A DNA stretch of 60,650 nt, filler included, from Rhabdomonas costata (lineage: Eukaryota), in NCBI GenBank assembly GCA_019059605.1. It is 17 parts of 17 records of this genome, joined end to end, with 100 filler letters (N's around TTAATTAATTAA, not from the genome) between each part and the next. Parts side by side here need not be neighbours in the genome. Positions count along the whole stretch, not along the records: positions 25,027 to 28,495 come from JAHMHO010000810.1; positions 28,596 to 32,063 come from JAHMHO010000811.1; positions 32,164 to 35,640 come from JAHMHO010000812.1; positions 35,741 to 39,208 come from JAHMHO010000813.1; 13 more parts are not named here. One strand, written 5' to 3'. The notes under the pieces are model-generated. The model was not told where the DNA came from. It searched no databases and saw only the letters and a list, made by a program, of their open reading frames with translations. Positions 25,397 to 37,682 of the stretch are shown here, piece by piece. The first letter of the stretch is position 1. Each line of letters opens with the position of its first letter. The translations under genes and the position numbers were made by a program.

Positions 25397-27390
25397 GAAG
25401 CGGCGTCCGAGGTAGCGCTCTTGTTGAGTCATGTTCGGCTGCTAGATGATACGTCGGAGCAGCTTTTACGGCGAGTTGCTCAGAGCGAGGCCGCTGTTCA
25501 GCAGCTATCGTCCCTGCAAGGCTTATTTCAGCAGGCTCGTATTGCGAGTGAGCGTGAGACCACCCTCGCCGCCAACCCTTCCCGGTTTGCTTGATTGCTG
25601 TCAACCGTCCGTCAATTCGGCGCCCATCGGTGGTACCTCTTTGGGCCAACCTATATATCCAACACACCAACAGGTGAGCAGGTGAGCAAAGGAAACAACC
25701 CGCTGTTCCCCAGGTTTCAAGTGCCGCATCTTATCTTTACCCTGCAGACCGGAGGCAAAAAAGAAGCCACAGGCACATGTCCATGTCCAGCCGCCAAACA
25801 ACAGCTCCGCGGGACTTGGTGAAGCTTCTGCAACCCACCAAAACAAAAGTAATTGTGTCAAGTTGAAACAGTTTGGTGCAATGCCGTGTCCACCCACCAA
25901 AAGTTATTCAAAGCTGTAATCACCACAACTAATGCGATAGCAGCTCAACGTAACCTAACATCACAGACTTACCCAGAGCCTGAAAGGAAGAACTCATGAA
26001 TTTTAGTGATTTTCTTCTTTTCGCTCTGGTCTTTATACCCGGGTGCATTGGGGAGTCGGATTAAAAACGGATTAAACAGCAGTTTGATGCAGGGTTTTGC
26101 AATCCGCGCTCCCGCTGTCGACTACTCGTAACGCGGACTGTTTGATTTTTCCCATTATTCTTAGGTGGTGGCAGTGACGTTTCGTTTTTTTGCCGCAGAC
26201 TTCGGATTGCAGAGCATTGTGCTGTGAATTTGAGGTCTCGAGTAATCTCTCGGGCAGTTCCGCTGAGTCCTTCGACTCTTCACTTGACCATCTGGCCTGC
26301 TTGTCGGGAGTAACTTCGGAGGTTGATCTTGACGTGGGACAAGACTGCATTTGTCAGGTGACGGTGCACAACGATACCTCTCACGAGCTGAGCTGCGGCA
26401 AATGGTGGCTTGTGGTGAAATTGGAGGTTCACGGGCTGCCCTATGATAGTTCCGATAGCCCCGTTTGTGGTTTGCCATCGAACCTCCCGCCCACGTCGGA
26501 TGCTTGTTTTTTTTTGTGTGTGTGTGTGGGGGGTTTATGTTCAGACGTCCCGTTCATTTTGCGCCGTTGTGTTTCGCTGATCGAACGTTTGCGAAGTTGT
26601 CCGTTCTTGCAATTTATATGGATTTGTGCCTTTTTTTTGTGCCCTTGCGCCTTTTCATTTTTTTTAGTTCGGCCTGAACCGAAACCTGAATCTGAAAAGC
26701 CAAAGACCGCCTTGTCGAACGAAGCAGGCTTTGCGGCGCACTTCATAATACACAAAACGCTTGTCCCTCCCCCTTTTTTGGCAACGGAAAAAGGTTAAGG
26801 GACGACCGTTTCTCTTCTGAAGTGTGGTTAACAAAATGCATTAGCGTGATCACTGCACTCCGAGCGGGCAAGGGGTATTTTCACCCTTCTATCAGAAATC
26901 TCACAATCATGATCACAAGGGCAAACAAAAAACGTGAGAAACAAGCAATTGGAAGTATTTTAACCAAAGAGCGAATGAAGAAACACGGATGATGACAGAA
27001 CGCATTGTTCGTTTGCAATCGGCATTGCACGCAACAACATTGCCAATTCCATCAGAAAGAGGATGCCCAATTGTTTTTCTGGGTGGCATGGGGCCAGATT
27101 TCACCTCCTCGAGATCCTGCGACCCGCCTGTTTTTGTGTACACCTTCCCACTTGAGCTGAAACCGAGCTCCCACAAGACCTTCGGCGTGCCCTTCTGCAC
27201 GGCGAGCGGCTACCTCCCATTTTCCCTCAGTGCCTCCGCGGCCTTTCCCATGGATGACGTTCCCTCCCCGTGCACCCGCTCACCGCCCAACTCGGGGGTG
27301 TTCCCAGGGTGGACCCTGTCATCCATTTCTGGGGTTGTGGCCTTCGAGATCCCGCTGGGCTCGCGGGTGATGCATTCCCTCGAGCTTCTG
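25397..27390 (+). CDS. Multi-exon protein resembling FAAP100 (coiled coil plus beta-sandwich region)
   Basis: Segments EVALLLSHVRLLDDTSEQLLRRVAQSEAAVQQL; ALCCEFEV...CQVTVHNDTSHELSCGKWWLVVKL; VFVYTFPLELKPSSHKTFGVPF...LPFSLSASAAF...EIPLGSRVMHSLELL are collinear with remembered FAAP100 motifs. Exon phases are not fully resolved. Confidence 0.45.
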
Positions 27391-28735
27391 GTTGGGGTCT
27401 GGCCCGCTGGGTCGACAATGGAAGGGCTGTGGCGTTGCTGTGAGGAGAGCTCGTCAGTGCGGCCCATGTCGCGCCGGGGCGGCAAGGAGGCAGCTGTGCT
27501 TCGCTGGAACAGGTCAGAGAACAATCATCCTGCCGCAGACAGCCGGTTGAAATCGAAGTGGTTAAATGGTTGAGGATCGCCTGGAGTGGAGTATTGAGCT
27601 TCGTGACAAACGTAATTATTGGGTTTGTGCAGCAAAAGCATTGTGGCCTGCCCATCGGGGGTTTGGTGCGTCGTTCCTTTTGCTGCGGCGAAAGTTCGGG
27701 TTACCTCGAGAAACGCTCAACGCCATGTTTTTCGTGCGGTCCATTAGCCACTTGGTGTGATATAGCACCCAATTCAATTGAGACCGTGGCGTACAGCATA
27801 TGACACCCGGTCATTCATCGATTGATGGGGGTCGTTCGATGGAGGCGGTGTTTTCGGTGCTGCAGGAACTTCGGAGAGGTTGGGCCTCAGTCCCGGCTTC
27901 AGGCCGCGTCACAAGGCAGCGGGAGCCCCGGGGTGTCCTTCTGTGCGTGGGTCCCTGGGGAGGCGTTGACCTCACCCGCACTGGTGTGGGCCTGCCTGCT
28001 GAGCCGCCCTTTTGCGGAAGCCGTGGGGGCGGAGGCTCGACGCGGAGGGAGCGGGCGTTCTCCCCTACCCCCGTTGGCTGTGGCCAGGCTGCTGACTTCC
28101 GCTGATGGGGTGGGGTACGGGTGCGGTTGCTTTATGTTTGTGTATTTTTTCTTTGGGTTTGTATATTACCCTTCAAATCAACGCCTCCCCAAAGACGGGT
28201 GTTGCTGCATGGTAAGGGTGAAAATTTCCTTGCGATGCAAGGTCACCCTCATGATGGTCGCTCACTGCTGCTGTTTTCGCGTGACACCATCAGCTGCAGA
28301 ACTCTTTCTCTTGCTCTTCCTCTACAAGCTCTTCGTGTAATTTCCAGCGGCTCTATCTCGGAAAATTATCCCAAGTCCATGCATCCGCAGGGCCCATATC
28401 AAACCTTGGAATGCACTCACACTGTACCCACACCTGCTTCCTACTGTCCCCAACCAGGAGCTCTCTCGCGCTGCATACCCACCTCCACGACACGGNNNNN
28501 NNNNNNNNNNNNNNNNNNNNNNNNNNNNNNNNNNNNNNNTTAATTAATTAANNNNNNNNNNNNNNNNNNNNNNNNNNNNNNNNNNNNNNNNNNNNGGGGT
28601 TGTTGCCTTGCCACTGTCTCTGTATAAATAATTTTTACTGCATGCTTTCTGGTGAGCAAGTGCTTGACCACAAGAAATCGCAAACGAGACATTTTGGAGT
28701 CCATGATTGAAGAGCAGTGAACGTGAAGGGTGCAC

Positions 28736-29219
28736 CTGCAAAGGGAAGCCCCAGCAGGGCATTCACAGTGCTGCTTTTGCCCACCCCGCAGCACCCTAGA
28801 AGCATCACCCTTCGTGGAGGGCCCGGCCCACCGCGGCATGGTGGCGCTGTGGGGGTCCTACAGCCGGAGGGACAGACTGGGGCCTCCCTCTCCTCGCCCC
28901 CGTCGCTGGGGCACTCCTCAGAGGCCGTGAACGATCGAGAGGCCTCCGTGAGATAGTCCGTGCTGGGGTGCGGGGTCAGCGAGAGCGATGCCGAGGAGGA
29001 GGACGACGAGGAGCTGGCTGCCCAAGAAGTGACTTTGGGAGGCAGGTGCGAGACTACCCAGGACCCAAGGTGCTGCACAGGAGAGGGGACCAAGGATCCT
29101 GCTACGGCCACCGCGACGTCCACCGCTGCCGAAGGGAGGCGAGTTGGGGGAGAGGGTGCTCGCCCTTCCCTTTTCTCAGGGGAGGCCTTTCCGGCAGTGC
29201 GATCTGCAACGCTTGTCAT
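28736..29219 (-). CDS. First exon of a P-loop GTPase (AIG1/Toc34/septin-like G1 motif) with a Ser/Pro-rich N-terminus
   Basis: RVMLLGCCGVGKSSTVNALLG Walker A motif. ATG at 29219 follows a pyrimidine-rich tract; GT donor at 28735. Confidence 0.7.
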
Positions 29220-30922
29220 GAAATAATGGGAGGGATTCAGGAGCGAAGAGATGGGGAGATGGAAAGAGTTGGTATACTGTTCGAATCGTTCCCACCGGCT
29301 GTTTCCAAAAACAGCCCGATTCCAAAAATGAACGCTGGGAAGAAGGCAAACAAAATACTCCTTGCAGGGAAGAGGAAGGAGCAATGAACAACGAGCAAAT
29401 CATACAACACAGAGAAAACGACAGACCCCCGGACAAATGAAAAATCCAATTCCAAGTCGTAGCGTTCTGTTAGTAGCAGCTCCGGACCTTCCCACATGTA
29501 CATTCAAACAAAAACACTCGGACTCGTATTGACTTTCCGCGTCGGAAAATCCACGAATCAACATAAAAGCACTATATTTCAATCCGGAGAAATTCAGGCG
29601 CCGTTTCTGTCAGTCTAAACCAGACACGGACACAAGCAGAGACATGAAGTATTTCACCCCATCCATGCATCATCCCTCGTTGATGTGCAAGCCTGACCCC
29701 TCTGAATATTTCCAAGACTATGTGGTGCAATGCAATCGATTGAAGAAAAAAGTTACAACGCTTGCCCTCATTTCAAGAATGTGACCATCGTCAGTGCTAC
29801 AGCAGATAAGCTGCACATCCTGTACGTGGCAGAACGGGCCCCTTTAGTTCGCGGCGGGCTTCACGCGCAAAAGGGCGCCAGCCGGCTGGAACAAAACCTC
29901 TGCTAAAGGTACTCGCTTGTGTGAATGAAGAAGGGTTCGCAGAACTGCTGATAAAAGATGTGCAGCACTTGCCCCCAGGTCAGCCCATGCGCCTGGGAAT
30001 GTGCAAAACAACCACGGCAGGATAGCGAAGCAAGGAGAGGAATTAGCAGAAAGAAGCACTCGTGATATGCGTGACATCACTTCAGCGAGGGGTCGAACAG
30101 AGCAAAGGAAACGGAGGGCACTCGTCGAGCGGAGGGAGAGCTTCCAGGACAAAATCAAAGGATAAAGGGAGAGGAAGTCGCGAATTCAAGGTGGATAATG
30201 CAGTCATCACCCATAAGAAAACAACCTAAAGAGAGCGTACCACTTTGCATATCCACAAAGTCATCACTGTGACCACCAAAAAGGCTTTAAACCACAGCCC
30301 AAGGTAATGCTCCGGCGGTTCCTGAGGGAGGATGGTGAGAAACGGGGGGAGGGGTGTGTGTAACAAACTGAAATGACCAGGAACAAACTAAGTGTCAACA
30401 AAGCACACCTCCTGGCTCATTTTTTTTTTGCTGAGCGTCTCCAGAAACTTGAAGCGGCGTATTTTTAAGGATGGAGGCGAGGGAGAACAGCACACAGATT
30501 GCGGGGCTGTATCATAAAAGGGAGAATGCAATTTCGCGGGGGCACCTGGAAAGCTGTAGCCCCAACTGTCAGCTCCAGTTCATGACTTGGGAAGCTTCTG
30601 AAAAAACTGGAGGCCACAGGTAAGGGACTTTGTTCTCTTTGGGACGATGCGTATAAACTGCGTGCTTTGAAATCAGGCTGGGGCGAAAGCAGGTTTATTA
30701 GGAACGGTGCACACTTCTCTGCAGCAGGAAGCGGACAGCAAACCGTAGCATTTGTAAACCGAAAAACGGAGTGAGACTAAACATCGCCGACCACAATATC
30801 TTCCAACGACGGTTTGGGCAAAAGGGCGCACAGATATTTCTAGGCAGGTGGCAACCCACAACCGGGCAACCTGGACCTTGAAGTAAGGTTGAAATCGACC
30901 CGCAGAGGGGAACTGGGATACT

Positions 30923-32063
30923 TCAGCAGCCCTTGCGCATGCAAAGGCCCATGAAGTCACACTTCGGTCTGCTTTGGATACAACCACAGATCACGGGGCA
31001 GTGCTTCAAACACCGGCAGGGCCGGCCACTGGCTCGGAAGCACAAATTGGCGCACTTAGCGCGGGGAATGGTTGCCTGCGCCTCAACAGTGGGCAAGGGC
31101 TCGGCGTGTAGCCTGGTGTAGTTTACTATGTAATCCAGCAGCCCTTCCGCAGTCCACAGGCGATGTTGCTCCCGAATATACCGCTGCATCGCAAGAATTC
31201 GGGAGGGAGGGAACCTCCGAATAATGCCTGAAAGCAAACCGCAGCTCAGCACAAGCCGAAAGGAAAGTTTGCATCGCCCCCCTTGATCGTGCATGCACGA
31301 AGCGATAACTCCTAGGTTCTTGTGCGGAAGAGCGCATCCCAGACATTCTGACATCTTGAAAACAATTGGAGGAACGTTCACGGCTACTAGCACCCCTGCA
31401 GCACCCCTGTTGGAGCTCACGTGGAAATGGTATCACCACCTTCGTAAACACCTCCTTCCCAGGAATTTTGCGTTTCGCCATGTCGGAACACAACTTTAAA
31501 ACAGAAATCTTCTGGGCAGGGTGGGGTGGGGACTGAAAAAAAGTTGCGCCTTTAAATCAGTCCTTTCGTCCAAGTACGTCCCAGCACCTCTTCAATTAGT
31601 CTCCTCACCCAATAGAGCAGCTGTCCAGAAATTCAAAGAAAAGGGCACCGTCTACTGAACCAAACGGAAGCACCGCTGGCGAGGGACCTGCAAACTCCGC
31701 GGAGGACAACCCATGTGTGCACAGCTTCGCAAATAATTGACATCCCTAAGAAAATCTGCCGCACAAAAGGAGTGGTGTGGGATTCACCTTCCAGAGACTT
31801 CAGCTGCCTTACAGAGATCAGAACTGCGGCGTCCTCCCAGCGCAGGATCTCCCGGTACGGGAGCCACGGCAGGTCACTGTAAATGTAAATCGGGATGACC
31901 CCGACCTGCAGCAGCTCCCACATCCGAATGCTACTCTGGGTGTTGCCCCGGGGGGCAAGCCCGAAGACCGACCGACTCAGCACACTCCAGTAGCCCCCCA
32001 GCCCGCGGCACCCCACCTTGTCCCGGATCACAAACACCGGGGGCCTCAGCATCCGTCGCATGT
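30923..32063 (-). CDS. Exostosin-family (GT47) glycosyltransferase, 3' part (exons to 31788, then 31227-30923)
   Basis: YWSVLSRSVFGLAPRGNTQSSIRMWELLQVGVIPIYIYSDLPWLPYREILRWEDAAVLI is the exostosin C-terminal signature. It continues IIRRFPPSRILAMQR after a phase-1 GT-AG intron. Confidence 0.85.
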
Positions 32064-32329
32064 NNNNNNNNNNNNNNNNNNNNNNNNNNNNNNNNNNNNN
32101 NNNNNNNTTAATTAATTAANNNNNNNNNNNNNNNNNNNNNNNNNNNNNNNNNNNNNNNNNNNNAATGGTGCGTCAAGAGTGAAACAATGGGCAGATGAAG
32201 GTCAGCCATATGCGCGTGGTTCTGAACCAAACAACTCCGGTGGTCACAAAGTGCGCGATTGCACGGAAGCACTGATGAAGGGGAAATGTGAGTGGAAGAT
32301 GGTAGCCAGATGGTGGTGGTTCCGGGAAA

Positions 32330-35300
32330 TGAGTAGAGGGGTCTGATGGACTCCAGGTATGTGTGAAGTGTGACGAGGCCATGCCAGCTGCCACAAAGTG
32401 CAATGGATAGCAGAGATGCACCGAGCTGGAGAATGGTGGTGGCTCCAGCCCGGAGTAAGTCGTGCCACGTGAAGGCGGTGCGAATATACAAAAGGATGAT
32501 GGCGTATTGCAAGATGTTTTGAAAATGAGAAGTGAAGAAAGATGAAAGAGGAAAGAAAGAGTGCGCAGGGACGCAGGGCGTCTGACAGTTGTCACAAAAA
32601 TTCTGCCAGGTCATAGTTTGCAGGGTATATGCGGACATGGGTGTGAGAAAAGTCGGAAGGGCAGATGCGGCGGAGTTCTGAAAAACGTAGGAGATAAACA
32701 CATGATAGAAAGCGGCAAAATAAGGGCCGTTGCAGTGGTAGTGAAGGTGTGTCGTTAAGCCAAGATGGATCGAACCAAACGCGAGTGCTGCGGGGAGCGT
32801 GTGAGTGCAATGAAGAAAGTGCCTTGACCGCGCTTCAGTGGGAACGGGATGGACCAACCGGAATGTATCACAAGGTTAATATGTGCTCCCACTACGAAAC
32901 GCAAAGGCGTTTTGTGCTGGAGCATGGAGGAAATGCAAGGTGTAGAATGTATGCTTCAAATGCTTGAATGACAGCGGATGCAGTGGAGAGACGCGTGGTA
33001 TTGTTGATCCAATCGATGAGGTATTGCATTGGAGAGGCCGGGGCAATGGACAGAGGCACGAAGTGAAGAAAGGAAGACGGAGATGTCTCTGCGCTGACGA
33101 TGGAAAAGGATGAAAATGGGAGTTGTGCTTCAACGTGCTATAAAAGTGTGCTGAGCGTGGAGTGTAAGGAAGTGGTGAAAACAGAGGATAACGGAAATGG
33201 GTTAATTCTGGTGGCTTTTGGAGGTGTTGATTAGACTGCGCGCTTTTTGAAAGCATGGTTTGTGTTGGAGACGAAATAGAAACCACTCGTTCGTGTTCAG
33301 CAAACTCCATTTCATTCCCTTTTGCATTGCCGAAGAACGTGCGTTTTGACGCATTTACTGAGGAATTGGGTGGCAACGTTAGCCCTGTCGCACCCACGCC
33401 TGCAGCGCGTACTCTGTAGCTGCTGCTGCATGGCACTTTCGTTGCAGTCCTGCATGGCAGCATCCTCAGCAAAAACATGGCTGTTCCTCCCCGCTTTTCT
33501 TTCCTCTGAGTTTCCTTCCGGGTACGGTAGGCAGCCGCCGTGGCGTGTCCGTGACCTCAACCACAGGAACCAAGAGCTCTAATTACTTGTTATAATCATG
33601 GCAGACAACACCGATATTGCATTGCATAAATCAATGTTGCTCTAGCTCATCCGTGCATCATCGCTGATCAAACGTGAGTTGCATGGTATTCTGGAACTGA
33701 TCCTGTTCCGCGTCCTCCGTGATGCGCGCTATGGTTTTCTGGACATACAGGTGATGGAATGGCTAAGGTACCACGTTTGGAGCTCTACAATTCTATGGCA
33801 ATAACTAGCACAGGCGCAGCTGTGCCTAAGTCAAAGAATATGTTCTCCAAGTGGACGGTTGTAGCCGGTTGTTTTCACTTCGTTCCGCAATTCAAACCAC
33901 ACTCATAGATGTCNNNNNNNNNNNNNNNNNNNNNNNNNNNNNNNNGCTGTGCCTAAGTCAAAGAATATGTTCTCCAAGTGGACGGTTGTAGCCGGTTGTT
34001 TTCACTTCGTTCCGCAATTCAAACCATACTCATAGATGTCACCATGCCATCACCGAGGACTTTCAGAAACAGAATATTCGCTTTAAGAAAAGACATGAAA
34101 TCTCAAAGCCAATTCAGAAAAACACCAACAACGATTGCTCCCAAGCAACCCAAATGTGTGAGGATGTACCAACACTCAGAAGCGCCACTACGTCGTTCCA
34201 TATGCAATATCGTATCCAATTGGACGTGCTCGTCTGGTAAACGGCACACAGCCTTAGATGATTTTGGCGTTTGATGACTCCAAATAGAGATTGAAAATAA
34301 AAATACATAATTGTTGTTTCCACGACTAGACGGGGTATCAGTTGGTGAGGTACAGCACAGGGCTGTGGAGGAGAAATGCTACCGTTTCAGAGTGGTGAAA
34401 AATGTCGGAAAGAAGTATTTTATAAATAGTGAAAGGTCTGTATATTGACAGCCGCTAAGTAGGCGGTTGGATGAAGCGTCAGGTGTTTTTTGTTTTGGAA
34501 ATTTACGCTTTACGCTTGGCAAGGCAAGAGAATGCAGACACGCAAACATTATTCTTCCAGGACCGCACTGGAAACAACGACACAAGAAAGAACTTCGAGA
34601 TGGAAACAGGCAATGTGACAGAAGCTGGCTATGACATTGCACACATTGAATGGAAGCGTGAGTGTTGGATGAGCTCCGGACAATCTGAGCATGAGAAAAG
34701 ATTAGATGTATGCTAGAAGCCGCATGTGCTGCGTTATCTTTCATAAAAAACAAGAGCCAGGACAAGACTAAGGCGATACTGTTGTGTGGTTCGCCATATG
34801 CGACGGATGATGTGCAAGAAAGAGTGGCGACGGTAGGAGTTGCGACCACTGAGGGTCGCGAAGTATTCCGCAGTGGATTCAGTAATTAAGCACAGATTGC
34901 TGAACTTACGTAAGCATGCCTGCAAGCTGCCTGCAAACAGGGCATAAACTTCCGCCAGTTTTTGGCTACGTACCCAGCGTGTCAGCACAGAGGTAAGATG
35001 GCAACAGTGTTGATTGGATCCGAAAGAGGGGATAGTCGTGTGGAAAGATGAGAGGGTGAGGAGGGGAACGCGTATTGGCAGGACCCAAACAGAGCAAGAG
35101 ATACTGCAAGAGGGGTTTCCAAAGTGGTAAAGGAATGTAACGAGGCACTCGCGAATGTTGAGCGACAGAGAAAATGTGGGCTATGAAGATTCCAACTTCT
35201 GAAGCCGGCCAAAAGCCATTGGATGAAACCTAGTTAGCGTGCGAAGCCAGCGGAGTGGTGTGAGCTGGCGGAGAAAGATATCAGTGAGGGAAGAAAAGAT

Positions 35301-35640
35301 GGTTGAGATGCTTGAGGATTGATTGGAAATTAAGTGCACTGGAGAGGTGTGAAGAACTTTTCCCAGCCATTGCAATGTATGTGCGGGTGTGAAAATGCTC
35401 TTGTTATTAAGCAGGAAGCCCACTTTTTTAAGCAGAAATGCGGCGTAGTGAGTACACAAATGAGAAAGAAAGGGTCTGTGTTGCATAGAAGAAGATCGTC
35501 AATAATTGAAACGCGGATGGAAGGATGGTGCGTAGAGACCAGCCTAAGGGCAGCAGCCGTAAAGCAGGTATTCCATGAGAGGTCTGAAGCGTGAAGTAAC
35601 CAGATACAGATTGTGGTAGAGCGATGGACCAAAAACATTT
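32330..35640 (-). mobile_element. Decayed DIRS-type (tyrosine recombinase) retrotransposon
   Basis: In minus-strand order: RT (IRVSIIDDLLL; LKKVGFLLNNKSIFTPAHTLQWLG), RNase H (QKLAEVYALF...LCLITEST...GR...IIRRIW) and tyrosine recombinase C-terminus (FTWHDLLRAGATTILQLG...IALCGSWHG...HTYL). Many stops and frameshifts. Confidence 0.8.
33819..34040 (+). other. About 95-bp duplication flanking an internal N gap (scaffolding artefact)
   Basis: gctgtgcctaagtcaaagaat...catagatgtc occurs on both sides of the gap at 33914-33945. Confidence 0.85.
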
Positions 35641-35742
35641 NNNNNNNNNNNNNNNNNNNNNNNNNNNNNNNNNNNNNNNNNNNNTTAATTAATTAANNNN
35701 NNNNNNNNNNNNNNNNNNNNNNNNNNNNNNNNNNNNNNNNGT

Positions 35743-35869
35743 GTGGGAATGCATGAATATCAGGTACACATGTCCATTATATACCATTACAACGGCAACC
35801 CCGGTAGTACCTGAAGCCGTTGTAATGGTATATAATGGACATGTGTACCTGATATTCATGCATTCCCAC
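35743..35869. repeat. Perfect 54-bp inverted repeat (19-nt loop) at a contig start
   Basis: 35743-35796 is the exact reverse complement of 35816-35869. Confidence 0.92.
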
Positions 35870-37682
35870 TCCTAAAATTTCCAGTACCACAAGGACCGGT
35901 GTCCGCCAACTGGCTTGTTGGAGGCGGACCGATATTGCGTCGAGCGGACGTGGGGCAGCCCGGATCTCAGCGTGATATTTTCTAGCCATTGGTAAATAAA
36001 TTAGCGCAGAAGGAATAAGTGCCCGCGGAGGTCGTTAGGGGGGCGCGCAATGTAAACCAACCAAAGTGGAAGAAAGTTGTCTATTTTGATGAAGCGCCGG
36101 CAAAGTTTGACGAGAAGGCGCAGCGCCTATGTTCACAGGTATGAAATAGAAAGGAGCGAAAGTTAAGAGAAAGGATTTTTTAAAGCGAGCAGTTTAATGG
36201 TTAAAAGTCGGGAAAGTTGGTTCCAAGGATTAGGAATAGACGCACGGGACTCGGGAAACTGACGTCGGATGCTTTTGGCGGAGTTTCATCTGCCTCTGCC
36301 TTGGTTTCTGGGCCGCTTTTGATTGTGGTTAGAAAGATTTCCACCCATATCACAAGTCTCGGCAAAAAAGCGCAGCGGAGAGCCCGACGCCACCAACGCC
36401 CAATCCTGAAAGCCAAGATTTTTTGCCCACGCGGCGGCCCTGCCCTGCACTATTCTCGCGCACCGCTCGGTGGAAATGTTCTAAAGGAAAGCCGAAATGA
36501 GATGAAAACAACGGGGACGGAAGGATGCCTGATCTTGATGTTTCTGCCGGGCCTGGGCGAGGCAGGGCGCGCGCTCCTATTCTTCTTTTTCTTCCTTGCA
36601 AAGTGCTCAACGTTATGTTTTCCTTTATCACACGAACCGAAAGAGGGCACTTTTCGTGTGAATGTAGCGACAATAGCATCACAAATCTGATGGGTTTTGC
36701 GAGGATCTCCGAGGTGTGCGGTGAGACAACCGAGAAACTAGTAAAGCGTGAAATGTGTGCAAGCAATCTGGGGAACAAGCCATGCAGTTCAAACCATTTG
36801 GACGTCCATATGCTGCCATGCCAGGAATGGGACACAATCAACCCCACACGTTTGAAGGCTTCCCACACCCCTCCACAGGGTACACCACAACAGGTCCATG
36901 GGGATGGAGCAGGAAGGGCTATCTGTGCCCCCGAAAAGGGGGAAGCAGGGGCCCGCAATGCGAGCCGAACCACCGCTCTGGCTGCCCACACGGTGCGGGC
37001 AAGAACGCACCGATGTTTCGGCTTTGAGGGACCTGGGAAGGGGCGCACCCCCGTGGAGGGGAGTCATCCGCCTCCTCGCGGGGGCACATATAGGGACAGC
37101 AGGGTGGCGGCAAAGCTCAAAGCAGAGGTTTCACGAAGGCAGGAGTGGGGGGGGGATAGGGGGAGAGGGCTGCACCCTCAAGAAGGAAACGCTTGAACTG
37201 GGGAAGGGGTTCCCCACCCCGGGGATGGAGGACAGACAGGGCGGTGATGTTTCTTTGCCTCGGTTGGAAGAAAAAACGGGTTCGTTTGGGATTCAGGGCT
37301 CAGCTCAGTAACCAAGCTTGTCCATAGGACCCAATCCATTTGAGGTAGGGCTACCATATGCCATCGTTCAGACCCCCCCTTCCTCCCCATATCTAGAAAT
37401 TAATCTAGCTGTTGCGGTTCCAGCTTTCTCACCAGCATCAGCAAAAGGCTCCAGTCTGCAAAAATCCGGCGCCTCCACGGAAAAGCGAAAACTGCCATCC
37501 TCTTCGTGCCTGCTTTAATTCGGACGCTATGAAGCAGTTTATTGAGTTTCAGAGCAGAGAAATCAAAGCTGAGCCGTGAAGGAGAAGAAACGGCAGGCAG
37601 GGTGGGCACGGTGGGGTGGATCGTCGTTTCCTTTTTAGAAGGGGGTTTTCAAGCGCGGGGCTTTCTCCGTCAACGGGAGAGG

